From the IMG/VR virus record IMGVR_UViG_3300045988_089740: 64,000 nt of DNA, one strand, 5' to 3'. This document shows, piece by piece, positions 42,621 through 50,804 of the stretch. Below the pieces are notes generated by a model. The model was not told the origin of the DNA, made no database searches, and saw only the letters and a list, made by a program, of their open reading frames with translations. The position numbers were made by a program, and so were the translations under genes. The stretch comes from a virus. Numbering within the stretch: the first letter of the stretch is position 1; every line of letters starts with the position of its first letter.

Positions 42621-43046
42621 ATGAGTTGTAAAAACGTTTGTAAGCTCTGCAATCGTCTTGTGATAAGCCAAGCTGTTGCATTTACTGGTGGTAATCTTGT
42701 GATTACACTTCCAGCAGGTAGTTATAACAATGGTGAAAAATATTGCATTGTGATTGCACAGAGCATACCAGAAACCACTACGATTAACGCTCCGGTGATG
42801 ATTCAAATAGGAACGGGAACAACCCTGTATCCATTACAGAATCGTTGCTGTGCACAGGTTACGGCTTGTGGCGTAAGAACCAGAACGAAGTACGCAACCA
42901 GAGTAGCCACAAATGCAACCGGTGGAGTGTTCAAGATGTTAGGGAATCCGGCTTGTAGTCCGAGTAACAATTTGACAGCAATTAATGGTACAGCCCCAAC
43001 AGCAGATACACCTGTTACACAGGCTGTTAGAAAGGGGGCACTGTAA
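42621..43046 (+). CDS. Cys-rich beta-type protein
   Basis: MSCKNVCKLCNRL...RCCAQVTACG...; ATG 42621 follows GAGAGGTAGAAG. The ORF opens at 42606. Confidence 0.6.
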   Translation: MSCKNVCKLCNRLVISQAVAFTGGNLVITLPAGSYNNGEKYCIVIAQSIPETTTINAPVMIQIGTGTTLYPLQNRCCAQVTACGVRTRTKYATRVATNATGGVFKMLGNPACSPSNNLTAINGTAPTADTPVTQAVRKGAL

Positions 43047-43672
43047 TGCATAAAGTTGCAATGGAAATGGGAAAATGGGCTATGGAAAAAGCCAAGACAC
43101 ATGGCTTCGATAATCTCAGTGCTCAAGACTGGGACGATCTGAAGGACTGCATGGAATCCGTAAAGTGTGCGATTTGTGCAGATAAAGATTACAGAATCGT
43201 AGAAGCTATGGACGAATGCGAACAGGAAGAGAAGTATCTTGGACGCATGGGATATGACAGGTATCGTTACGCAAACGGCAGATTCGCCCCGAAAGGCAAA
43301 GGAAGTCGTATGGGATATAAACCATATCTGTACATGGAAGATGATGACTGGATGGACGAGTATCTGAACAATCCAGAGTTCGAACGTAATATATACCGCA
43401 TGGGTTATCATCCAGACCGTAGTGATATGAGGATGGATGGAATGAACCATAAGCAGTCCAGATACGGTGAAACCTACGACAGATACAGTGAAAATCGCAG
43501 GCATTACCACGATTCCAATGATACAGAATCCAAGAGAAAAATGGACGAGTCCATGAAAGAGTATACACAAGATGTCATCCGCACGATGTCTGAAATGTGG
43601 TCGGATGCAGACGCGAATCTCAAACAGCAGATAAGAACTGATCTGACCCGTCTGATACAGCAGATGAATTAA
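43046..43672 (+). CDS. Tyr/Arg/Asp/Met-rich protein with three RMGY repeats
   Basis: LGRMGYDRYRY, GSRMGYKPYLY, IYRMGYHPDRS. The strong antisense ORF 42803..43675 is treated as a shadow. Confidence 0.6.
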   Translation: MHKVAMEMGKWAMEKAKTHGFDNLSAQDWDDLKDCMESVKCAICADKDYRIVEAMDECEQEEKYLGRMGYDRYRYANGRFAPKGKGSRMGYKPYLYMEDDDWMDEYLNNPEFERNIYRMGYHPDRSDMRMDGMNHKQSRYGETYDRYSENRRHYHDSNDTESKRKMDESMKEYTQDVIRTMSEMWSDADANLKQQIRTDLTRLIQQMN

Positions 43673-43690
43673 CAAATAAGAATTAAATTT

Positions 43691-43725
43691 AGTCCTTGTT
43701 GCAGAAATGTGACAGGGACTTTTTA
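43691..43725 (+). terminator. intrinsic terminator closing the low-complexity gene block
   Basis: agtccttg/cagggact stem followed by TTTTT. Confidence 0.6.
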
Positions 43726-43741
43726 ATTACGGAGATTGATT

Positions 43742-44068
43742 ATGGAGAAATGCAAAATAAATGTTCTTGGAACGGATTACAGAATTATTCCGAAAGAATT
43801 AAAAAATGCAGATGTTGATGGTTATACAGACAATACATCAAAAGAAATTGTCATTAGAATAGACAATGCGAATAATGTTGGAGATTTTGATTTCTTACAG
43901 AAAAAACAGTTGAGGCATGAAATTATTCATGCATTCTTGTCGGAAAGCGGATTGCAGTGTAATTGGCAACATACAGAACAGTTCGGACATGACGAAACTA
44001 CTGTTGACTGGTTTGCAATTCAATCTCCAAAGATTTTTGAAGTATTCAAAGAGCTTGATTTAATTTGA
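43742..44068 (+). CDS. HExxH putative zinc metalloprotease-like protein
   Basis: QLRHEIIHAFL motif. Confidence 0.5.
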   Translation: MEKCKINVLGTDYRIIPKELKNADVDGYTDNTSKEIVIRIDNANNVGDFDFLQKKQLRHEIIHAFLSESGLQCNWQHTEQFGHDETTVDWFAIQSPKIFEVFKELDLI

Positions 44069-44086
44069 AAAGGATGGTGATAAACC

Positions 44087-44473
44087 ATGCTAAGACAATT
44101 TTACATGAACGGGGACTTATGGCGAGTTCACTTTGTTTCGCCTCATGATAGTGTTTTGTTTGACCGTACAGGGCAGAGGACACTTGCGGTATCAGATTAT
44201 TCTACAATGACAATTTCGATCGCAAATAATTTGTACGGAGAACTTCTGAACCGTGTGTTTATCCATGAATTAGGGCATTGCGTGATGTTCAGTTACGGCC
44301 TATTGCCAGAACTTCACCGCATGGTTAAGAAACGGTATTGGGTGGATGCAGAGGAATTTGTGTGCAATATGCTTGCCGATTACGGATGCTTTGTAATTGG
44401 CGTTGCAAAAGATGTTTTAGGAAACCGGTTCACATATGTAGCTCCTGTTGGGGCAGAAAGGATGATTGCATAG
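44087..44473 (+). CDS. HExxH putative zinc metalloprotease-like protein
   Basis: VFIHELGHCVM motif. Confidence 0.5.
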   Translation: MLRQFYMNGDLWRVHFVSPHDSVLFDRTGQRTLAVSDYSTMTISIANNLYGELLNRVFIHELGHCVMFSYGLLPELHRMVKKRYWVDAEEFVCNMLADYGCFVIGVAKDVLGNRFTYVAPVGAERMIA

Positions 44474-44716
44474 ATGGCAAAAGCAGAAAACACAGTTATT
44501 TTTGATGGAATCAAGTACAATCCCGGTGATGAATTGCCAGATTTAGGCAGCTGGGTATGTACAGGGGCAAAAGGCATGGTTCGTGATTACGAAGGCCTGT
44601 CAAAGGACGTATCAAAGCTCCCACATTATGTACAGAGCGGTTCTTCGGCGTTGTGCCTTGATACTTCTGAATTATACGAATATCACAAACCTACCGACAC
44701 ATGGTACAAACTGTAA
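44474..44716 (+). CDS. hypothetical protein
   Basis: 80-aa ORF abutting the previous stop. Confidence 0.5.
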   Translation: MAKAENTVIFDGIKYNPGDELPDLGSWVCTGAKGMVRDYEGLSKDVSKLPHYVQSGSSALCLDTSELYEYHKPTDTWYKL

Positions 44717-44727
44717 AGGAGAAACGC

Positions 44728-46350
44728 ATGGCATTAACAGCAAAAAAAGTATATGCAATTTTAAAACGCCAGATTTCTGATATGGAAGCAAAGTTAAACA
44801 GCCCTGTAAGGTACAGAGGTACAGTCGCAACCGCTGATTTGCTTCCATTAAACCCGGATATCGGAGATATGTACAATATCGAGTCTAAATCTATTTACGG
44901 CGAAGCAGGAATGAATGTGGCATGGAACGGCGTAGTTTGGGACACTATGGGCGCTCCGATTGATATGTCGCTGTATTTCACAAAAGAAGAAGCAGAGGCG
45001 GTAATACAAAGATTAGTTACGGAATATTTTGAAAAGAATCCGGTCAAGCCCGGAGCCACGGCAGAACAGGTACAGCAGATCGAGCAGAACAAGACAGACA
45101 TTGCTTCACTGAAAACGGAAACTGGTTCACTAAAGGAAGATATATCCAACAAAATTACAAAGTTCTATGCATCGAATCAGGGTGAAACTCACATCACTGA
45201 TTCCGACAATGGAAAGATTCAAGATATGATGCTGTATGGAAAGAGTGAGCAGAACCAATACAAAGGGATAAATTTACTTCCTACTGGCATTAGTTATGGG
45301 GAAATAATAGAAGTTTCGATTCCAAAAGGAACACGCATTTTTTGGGCTACAGACGGTACACCTGCTATAGGCGGTAATTTCAAGTTCTATAATGAAGATA
45401 AAACTCAAGTGATGTGGTTCGGAGTTGATGCTGGCAAGACTGCAATGACAATGACAACATATATTGATGCTAAATATATGGAGTTCCTTATTAACGAAAC
45501 CAGCTTAGTTAAAATATGTTTAGGCATTGGAGATGATCCAGTATATGAACCCTACACAGGCGGTCAGCCGTCACCCTCTCCTGATTATCCACAGGAGATT
45601 AAGAGTGTGGTGAATCCGACAGTGAAGGTGTCAAACGAAGATGGAACAAAATCTCAGACCGTCACTCTCCTAGATACATTGAATGCAATCCCTGTAAGTT
45701 CAGGTGGTAACGTCACAATCGATGGACAGCAGTATGTTGCGGATTATGTGGATGTGGAGCGTGGGAAAATAGTTAGAAACGTTGAAAATGTAACATTTAA
45801 TGGCGCAGAGAATGAAAACTGGGAACTGTGGAATGCGGACAAAGAAAAAATATGGTCATTTATGTTTGTAAATTCATTAAAAACATTTACAAACGAAAGT
45901 GTTTCAAAATGCAACAGATTTGAGTTTAATGTTAATGAAAGCATTGATAGAACGTTTTGGCTATGTAATCCTAGTGGAATGCCATCATTACAGATTAAAA
46001 ATAGAATAATTGGAAAAGACATAACTGCATTTAAATCGTGGTTATCAAACAATCCAATCAACGTAATTTATCCTTTGCGAATACCGATTGAAGAAGAACT
46101 TACAGCAGAACATGCGCAAGCGTTGAAAGAACTTGCTACTTACTATCCAGTAACGAATATTTCAATTGGTTCAGAACAGCTTGACGGATATACAGTATTC
46201 AACTATCCGATTTCAATGAAAAACGGATGGGATTATGTTAAGAAACAGCTCAATGACAATCGTGATTACATCTATGACATGGATATACAATCAGCAGAAG
46301 CCTATGTCAACAGTGAATATGCAGTAGCATTAACAGAATTGGAGGTATGA
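44728..46350 (+). CDS. putative tail fibre / receptor-binding protein
   Basis: 540 aa. N-terminus YRGTVATADLLPLNPDIGDMYNI...WNGVVWDTMG is typical of fibre N-domains. Followed by an XkdX-like gene. ATG 44728 follows AAAGGAGAA. Confidence 0.5.
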   Translation: MALTAKKVYAILKRQISDMEAKLNSPVRYRGTVATADLLPLNPDIGDMYNIESKSIYGEAGMNVAWNGVVWDTMGAPIDMSLYFTKEEAEAVIQRLVTEYFEKNPVKPGATAEQVQQIEQNKTDIASLKTETGSLKEDISNKITKFYASNQGETHITDSDNGKIQDMMLYGKSEQNQYKGINLLPTGISYGEIIEVSIPKGTRIFWATDGTPAIGGNFKFYNEDKTQVMWFGVDAGKTAMTMTTYIDAKYMEFLINETSLVKICLGIGDDPVYEPYTGGQPSPSPDYPQEIKSVVNPTVKVSNEDGTKSQTVTLLDTLNAIPVSSGGNVTIDGQQYVADYVDVERGKIVRNVENVTFNGAENENWELWNADKEKIWSFMFVNSLKTFTNESVSKCNRFEFNVNESIDRTFWLCNPSGMPSLQIKNRIIGKDITAFKSWLSNNPINVIYPLRIPIEEELTAEHAQALKELATYYPVTNISIGSEQLDGYTVFNYPISMKNGWDYVKKQLNDNRDYIYDMDIQSAEAYVNSEYAVALTELEV

Positions 46351-46352
46351 TT

Positions 46353-46517
46353 ATGTTATATAGAACATTACTGAAACTTAAAGAAAGAAATGGACTTACA
46401 GATGATTTAAAGAATAAGATTGATATTTTCTTTGCAACTGGCAGGATTACCGAGGAACAGTATAATGAGCTGATGGATGTTAATAAGGAAGAAGAACCGA
46501 AAGCAGAAAATAATTAA
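46353..46517 (+). CDS. XkdX-like small protein
   Basis: 54 aa with GRITEEQYNELM as in the XkdX family. Below the track cutoff. Confidence 0.5.
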   Translation: MLYRTLLKLKERNGLTDDLKNKIDIFFATGRITEEQYNELMDVNKEEEPKAENN

Positions 46518-46809
46518 CTAAAGCAGATGGCTCTGGCAATAGCAATAGATATAAGGAAATCCCTGTATTTACAAGGGTTTACGGCTCATGGACTTTTGGG
46601 ACGAAAGCTTTAGTGAATTAATTTTAAGCAAAAATCGAATAAAAGATACCCATTTCACATGGGGCGTGTTATAATAAACACAACACAATAAAAAGGGAGC
46701 TGAACTCCCACCTACCAAGTAAAAAGTTCAGCTCCAAGCACCACGAAGGGTACGGGTATATTATAGCACAGTACCTTCCCTTTGTGAACCCAAAAGGAGG
46801 GTATTTTTT

Positions 46810-46956
46810 ATGAGAGAACAGTTTATTGACGGGTTCATGGCAGAGCTGAACGGAGAAGTGCCAGATGAATATTTGCGAAAAATCACAAAAGAAAAAGTTG
46901 AAAATATGAAGGTTTTAACAGATGCTGAAAAACAGTATATTTTAAGAAGTGAATAA
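46810..46956 (+). CDS. small hypothetical protein
   Basis: 48 aa with SD AAAGGAGGG 10 nt upstream; ends at the bidirectional terminator. Confidence 0.35.
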   Translation: MREQFIDGFMAELNGEVPDEYLRKITKEKVENMKVLTDAEKQYILRSE

Positions 46957-46960
46957 AAAA

Positions 46961-46989
46961 AGAAGGGGAGTTTTCTCTCTCCCTTCTTT
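46961..46989. terminator. bidirectional terminator between convergent genes
   Basis: agaaggggag/ctcccttct stem flanked by A6 and T3 runs. Confidence 0.6.
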
Positions 46990-46997
46990 AGTACGGA

Positions 46998-47237
46998 TTA
47001 CAGATACTCACCAGATTCAGCATCGGTGATCTCGATTGGATTCTCAATGTCGTAGGATTCCAGATCGTTACTATCAAACAGCTTGTAAACCAGGACTACC
47101 TCTTTTCCATCCTCACGTGTTGCAATTCCTGAAAGTGTTTGTGTATCAGGATCGTGTGTGAGCTGATGAGCAATAGTATACTTGATGCCTTTGATAGCTA
47201 CAGTTTCATTGAGTAAATCGTTAAGCTGATTATTCAT
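46998..47237 (-). CDS. hypothetical protein (lone antisense gene in the structural region)
   Basis: MNNQLNDLLNETVAIKG...; ATG 47237 is preceded by AAAGGAGG. The ORF opens at 47279. Confidence 0.55.
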   Translation of the reverse strand: MNNQLNDLLNETVAIKGIKYTIAHQLTHDPDTQTLSGIATREDGKEVVLVYKLFDSNDLESYDIENPIEITDAESGEYL

Positions 47238-47424
47238 ATAAAAACCTCCTTTTATAATATAGCTTAAATTATACATCATAGATTACCAACACACAATAAA
47301 AAAGCCCCCAGAATCTGAGGAAAAACTGGGTACTGGAAGATTTGAAATCTGGGGCTATGCCGTTCCCAAATTTCTATATAAAAATAACACAAAAAAAATA
47401 ATCTTGTCAATGGAGGAAGAATAT

Positions 47425-47817
47425 ATGAGAGGTAGAACACGGCAAAAACAGCCTATATGGATTTCAACAATAACAGAAAAAAACAATGGAATCGACAAAG
47501 CTCTTGTCTACTCAAATCCACAAAAGAAGGACATTTCAGTGTCAGCAACAGCAGGTACACCGGAAGAATTATCCGCCGGAATTGTTCCCGACTATGACCG
47601 ATATATCACGGTTTTTGACCGAACATTTCAGCCAAAAGAGTGTGATGTTCTGTGGATTGATACTGTGCCGGAAGTTGGGAAAGATGGAACATTAGTTCTC
47701 GATGAAGACAACAGTCCAACGGTTCTTCCTGATTACAGACTTAAAAGAATCCTTGATACTCAAAAAGGGCAAGTTGCCAGATATGGCATAGCAAAGATAG
47801 GCGGAAATAATGAGTAG
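47425..47817 (+). CDS. head-tail joining protein (putative)
   Basis: Position upstream of a gp10-like gene. ATG 47425 lies 7 nt after GGAGGA. Confidence 0.35.
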   Translation: MRGRTRQKQPIWISTITEKNNGIDKALVYSNPQKKDISVSATAGTPEELSAGIVPDYDRYITVFDRTFQPKECDVLWIDTVPEVGKDGTLVLDEDNSPTVLPDYRLKRILDTQKGQVARYGIAKIGGNNE

Positions 47818-48322
47818 GAAAACGATCCAGTGTAGTTTGAACCACGATTCTTTGCAGTCAGCGATTCAACGGTTAGAAGCATACCAGAAAGATATTCAAA
47901 GGAAGAACCAGATTTTCATTGACAAATTGGCTCAAGAGGGGATACAGGTTATTCAAACTACGATGGAATCTGTTCCGGCTGAGGAAAAAGGTTCTTACTA
48001 CACGGAAGTTATCAATAACGGACACGGTGATATTGTTGGCGCAGCAATCCGATTGTCTGGCGATAAAGTCCTTTTTCTTGAATTTAGCGCAGGCATTACT
48101 TACGGGACAGACAGTTATCCATTGCCGTCCGGTACGGACTATGGAGTTGGAACTTATCCGGAGCAGAAACATGCTTACGACCCGAATGGATGGTGGTACG
48201 TAGATGAAAGCGGTCAGAAACACCATTCTTATGGAAACAGATCTTATATGCCGATGTATCACGCAGAAGAAGCTATTATTATGCAGTTACGACATATCGC
48301 AAAAGAAGTGTTTGGAAGATAG
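47810..48322 (+). CDS. HK97 gp10-like tail/neck component (putative)
   Basis: 170 aa; position and the N-terminal pattern LQSAIQRLEAYQKDIQRK... Confidence 0.4.
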   Translation: MSRKTIQCSLNHDSLQSAIQRLEAYQKDIQRKNQIFIDKLAQEGIQVIQTTMESVPAEEKGSYYTEVINNGHGDIVGAAIRLSGDKVLFLEFSAGITYGTDSYPLPSGTDYGVGTYPEQKHAYDPNGWWYVDESGQKHHSYGNRSYMPMYHAEEAIIMQLRHIAKEVFGR

Positions 48323-48327
48323 AACGG

Positions 48328-48358
48328 AGCCCGGGATTTTCCGGGCTTCTATTTTTTT
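48328..48358 (+). terminator. intrinsic terminator
   Basis: agcccgg/ccgggct stem followed by a T-run. Confidence 0.6.
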
Positions 48359-48412
48359 ACCTTAAAACTAGATAAAAATAATCTAGTTTATTATACGATT
48401 TGCCTATGCAAA

Positions 48413-48486
48413 AATATGGAATCATATGGCTTGTTTTTTGTACAATTAAGATGCGAAGCATCTACCGGAAAGGTAGGTGCTTTTTT
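48413..48486 (+). promoter_or_regulatory. conserved composite element, copy 2
   Basis: AATATGGAATCATAT (48413-48427); GGAATC -17 nt- TACAAT (48441-48446); hairpin agcatctacc/ggtaggtgct (48457-48481) then T6. Confidence 0.6.
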
Positions 48487-48537
48487 CATGCCAAAAAAAT
48501 AAATCATAAAAGATAATTGAACAGGCAAGGTGATTAA

Positions 48538-48945
48538 ATGCCGGAAATATTAAAAAACCCAATATCCGAGATATATGAACGTTGGAATAAAGCTATCGCG
48601 CCTGTAGTTGGCAAGGGGAATTTCTCTATGGACAGAAGCCAAACCCTTGCGTCTGGAAAGAAAACCTATGCAAGGCTCTACATGTTGGGAAACGTTCTGA
48701 CAGAAGGAGACCTTGAAGGCGATGAATGCGCTACGGTTCCAACTATCCAGATTGAGTGCTTTGCCACAGGTACGGCTCCGCTTGCAAAAGTATATCAGAT
48801 TGACGAAAAAAGTCATCAGTCCATGATCGATATGGGATTTCGTAGAACCTACGGCCCCGAACTCATGGGGAACGCTGATGACAGTATTAAACGGCTTGTT
48901 AGCCGATACACAAGAATTTATGCCGGGCAGTTGCTCGGCGAGTGA
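48538..48945 (+). CDS. tail completion/terminator-like protein (putative)
   Basis: 135 aa; assigned by position upstream of the major tail gene. Confidence 0.35.
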   Translation: MPEILKNPISEIYERWNKAIAPVVGKGNFSMDRSQTLASGKKTYARLYMLGNVLTEGDLEGDECATVPTIQIECFATGTAPLAKVYQIDEKSHQSMIDMGFRRTYGPELMGNADDSIKRLVSRYTRIYAGQLLGE

Positions 48946-48960
48946 AAGGGGTGAGATAGA

Positions 48961-49254
48961 ATGGATCAGATCATGAACTATGTGAAACCGGAACTTCTGG
49001 TTGTAGCTGTAGTCCTGTATTTTGTAGGCGTATTTCTCAAACAGGCTGAAACCGTAGCTGACAAATACATTCCTGGAATCCTTGGACTTCTGGGTGTGGT
49101 TATTTGTGGAATCTATGTTTTCGCTACATCTACAGTCACAGGCGGTCAGGAAGTTGCAATGGCAATCTTTACCGCAATCACACAAGGTATTCTTGTTGCA
49201 GGGCTGAGCACTTATGTGAATCAGGTCATTAAACAAGTAAGCAAAGAAGAGTAG
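48961..49254 (+). CDS. holin-like three-TM membrane protein
   Basis: 97 aa with three hydrophobic segments and a charged C-terminus (KQVSKEE). Confidence 0.45.
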   Translation: MDQIMNYVKPELLVVAVVLYFVGVFLKQAETVADKYIPGILGLLGVVICGIYVFATSTVTGGQEVAMAIFTAITQGILVAGLSTYVNQVIKQVSKEE

Positions 49255-49297
49255 AAGGAGGTGATCCTTTTATCTCCCGGGCACAGGGTTACGTGTC

Positions 49298-49320
49298 AGA
49301 GCCATTACGGCTCTTTTTTA
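49298..49320 (+). terminator. intrinsic terminator
   Basis: agagcc/ggctct stem followed by TTTTTT. Confidence 0.55.
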
Positions 49321-49359
49321 TTGCAATAATTTATAGCCGAAAGGCGGAAAGGAGCCAAT

Positions 49360-49848
49360 ATGGCATCAGGAAATATCGCAGGAATCAGTACCGTTGGTGC
49401 TCTTACCGGTTATGCAGTAGAAACGGTGGCGGGAACAAAACCGACAAAATTTAAACAGCTTCACAGAATAAACGCTTCTGATGAAATTAATATCGACGTT
49501 GAGACTATCGATGCATCTGCTCTCGAAGACGAAATCGAGAGAACTATCGCAGGTCGTGGTTCAACCGGCGGTACGTTTAATGTAACCGTAAACGTTACAG
49601 ATGAAACAATCAAAGAGTGGGAAGACCTTATCTCCGCTTACAAAACAGCTCACGCGAGCGGTCTGTCTATGTGGTATGAGGAATATTACCCTGCACTTCA
49701 GAAAGCATTCTTCACCAAAATCGAGCCGCCGACTATCATTCCAAAACCGGCAAGAGACCAGAACGGTCTTCTTACTGTTGACATGTCCCTGACTATCAAT
49801 GAGTATGTCGGCCCAGACACAGCAATCAAGCCAACTGAAGGCGAATAA
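49360..49848 (+). CDS. Major tail protein
   Basis: 162 aa directly upstream of the chaperone pair and tape measure. Confidence 0.6.
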   Translation: MASGNIAGISTVGALTGYAVETVAGTKPTKFKQLHRINASDEINIDVETIDASALEDEIERTIAGRGSTGGTFNVTVNVTDETIKEWEDLISAYKTAHASGLSMWYEEYYPALQKAFFTKIEPPTIIPKPARDQNGLLTVDMSLTINEYVGPDTAIKPTEGE

Positions 49849-49881
49849 CAAATATATCTAAAACTGGGAGGAAAAGATATC

Positions 49882-50358
49882 ATGTATAAACTTTTAAAGA
49901 TTGGTAGCAAAGAGTATAAACTGGAATACGGCATTGAAGCATCTTTGTATGATGATTGTGTCAAGAGTGTAATGAACACACTTCTGGCAACAAGCGGTGG
50001 TGTGGACAAAACGCCGGAAGAAATGATTTCCGGCATGGCAAATATTCCGAGCACAGCATTAACCGTGTTTTATGCAGGACTTCTTCAGTATCATGGCGAC
50101 AACCCGGATGCAGACGGTTCTGTTCCGACTCTTGCAACTGCGAAGAAACTTGCAGCACAATTTATTCAGGAACATAAGGACGATGAGCAGGGTAACTTTT
50201 ACGGTATCTTTACCATGTGTCTTGACCAGATGGAGGAAGACGGTTTTTTCAAACTGACCGGTCTGGAGACGTTCATGGGCGATCTGAACGTAGCAGCCAA
50301 ACCGAAGAAAACTCCGAAGAAGCCGACAGATCACCAGAAAAAAGCTACAGCGAAATAA
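49882..50358 (+). CDS. Tail assembly chaperone (gpG-like)
   Basis: Position before the tape measure; acidic/Lys-rich C-terminus. Confidence 0.6.
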   Translation: MYKLLKIGSKEYKLEYGIEASLYDDCVKSVMNTLLATSGGVDKTPEEMISGMANIPSTALTVFYAGLLQYHGDNPDADGSVPTLATAKKLAAQFIQEHKDDEQGNFYGIFTMCLDQMEEDGFFKLTGLETFMGDLNVAAKPKKTPKKPTDHQKKATAK

Positions 50359-50756
50359 TCTGGACAGAGTTATATCCGGCGGCAGTTCGCATCGGAATGA
50401 GCCGGAAAGAATTTCTCAGAAGTACCATACGTGACCTTCAAGTAAGGATACGTGAGTACGAGAAAGGTAAACGTGATGAAATAGAAACTCAGGTAAAACT
50501 GATTGAATATCAGTCATGGCTTTCCGGCTTATATGTGAAATCTGCGGTATCAAGTGCACTTTCTGGCAAAGCAAAATATCCAGATAAACCAATCACAGAA
50601 AAAACAAAGAAACCACAGCTTGAAGAAAAAACAGATGTTCCGAAACGGTCTGAAGCTGAATTGAAGCAGGAAGAACGTTACTACGAACTTCTGATAAAAA
50701 AGGCAAATGCGAATATCGCTGAGATAGGAAGTGAAGAGGGCAGACAGGATGAATAA
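50343..50756 (+). CDS. gpT-like part of the chaperone, reached by a -1 frameshift
   Basis: G_AAA_AAA at 50337-50343. The -1 frame is open from at least 50283 and reads ...IIWTELYPAAVRIGMSRKEFLRSTIRDL... Confidence 0.5.
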   Translation, partial: SYSEIIWTELYPAAVRIGMSRKEFLRSTIRDLQVRIREYEKGKRDEIETQVKLIEYQSWLSGLYVKSAVSSALSGKAKYPDKPITEKTKKPQLEEKTDVPKRSEAELKQEERYYELLIKKANANIAEIGSEEGRQDE

Positions 50757-50784
50757 AAAGTCTTGTCTGCCCTTATTTTTTTTT
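50738..50784 (+). terminator. strong intrinsic terminator overlapping the chaperone stop, just upstream of the tape measure
   Basis: gggcagacagg/cttgtctgccc 11-bp stem followed by a 9-T run. Confidence 0.65.
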
Positions 50785-50804
50785 GATTAAAAGGAGGTGT
50801 TTTT

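Noticed and set aside
42803-43675. 290-aa minus-strand ORF, one of the longest antisense ORFs in the track
   Set aside because: It fully overlaps the + strand gene 43046..43672. Its hydrophobic, His/Ile/Val-rich composition is typical of a shadow frame, it has no SD, and the + gene fits the operon.
48550-49236. 228-aa minus-strand ORF
   Set aside because: It lies antisense to two well-packed + genes (48538..48945 and 48961..49254). It has no SD or promoter and a Cys/His-rich nonsense-like composition.
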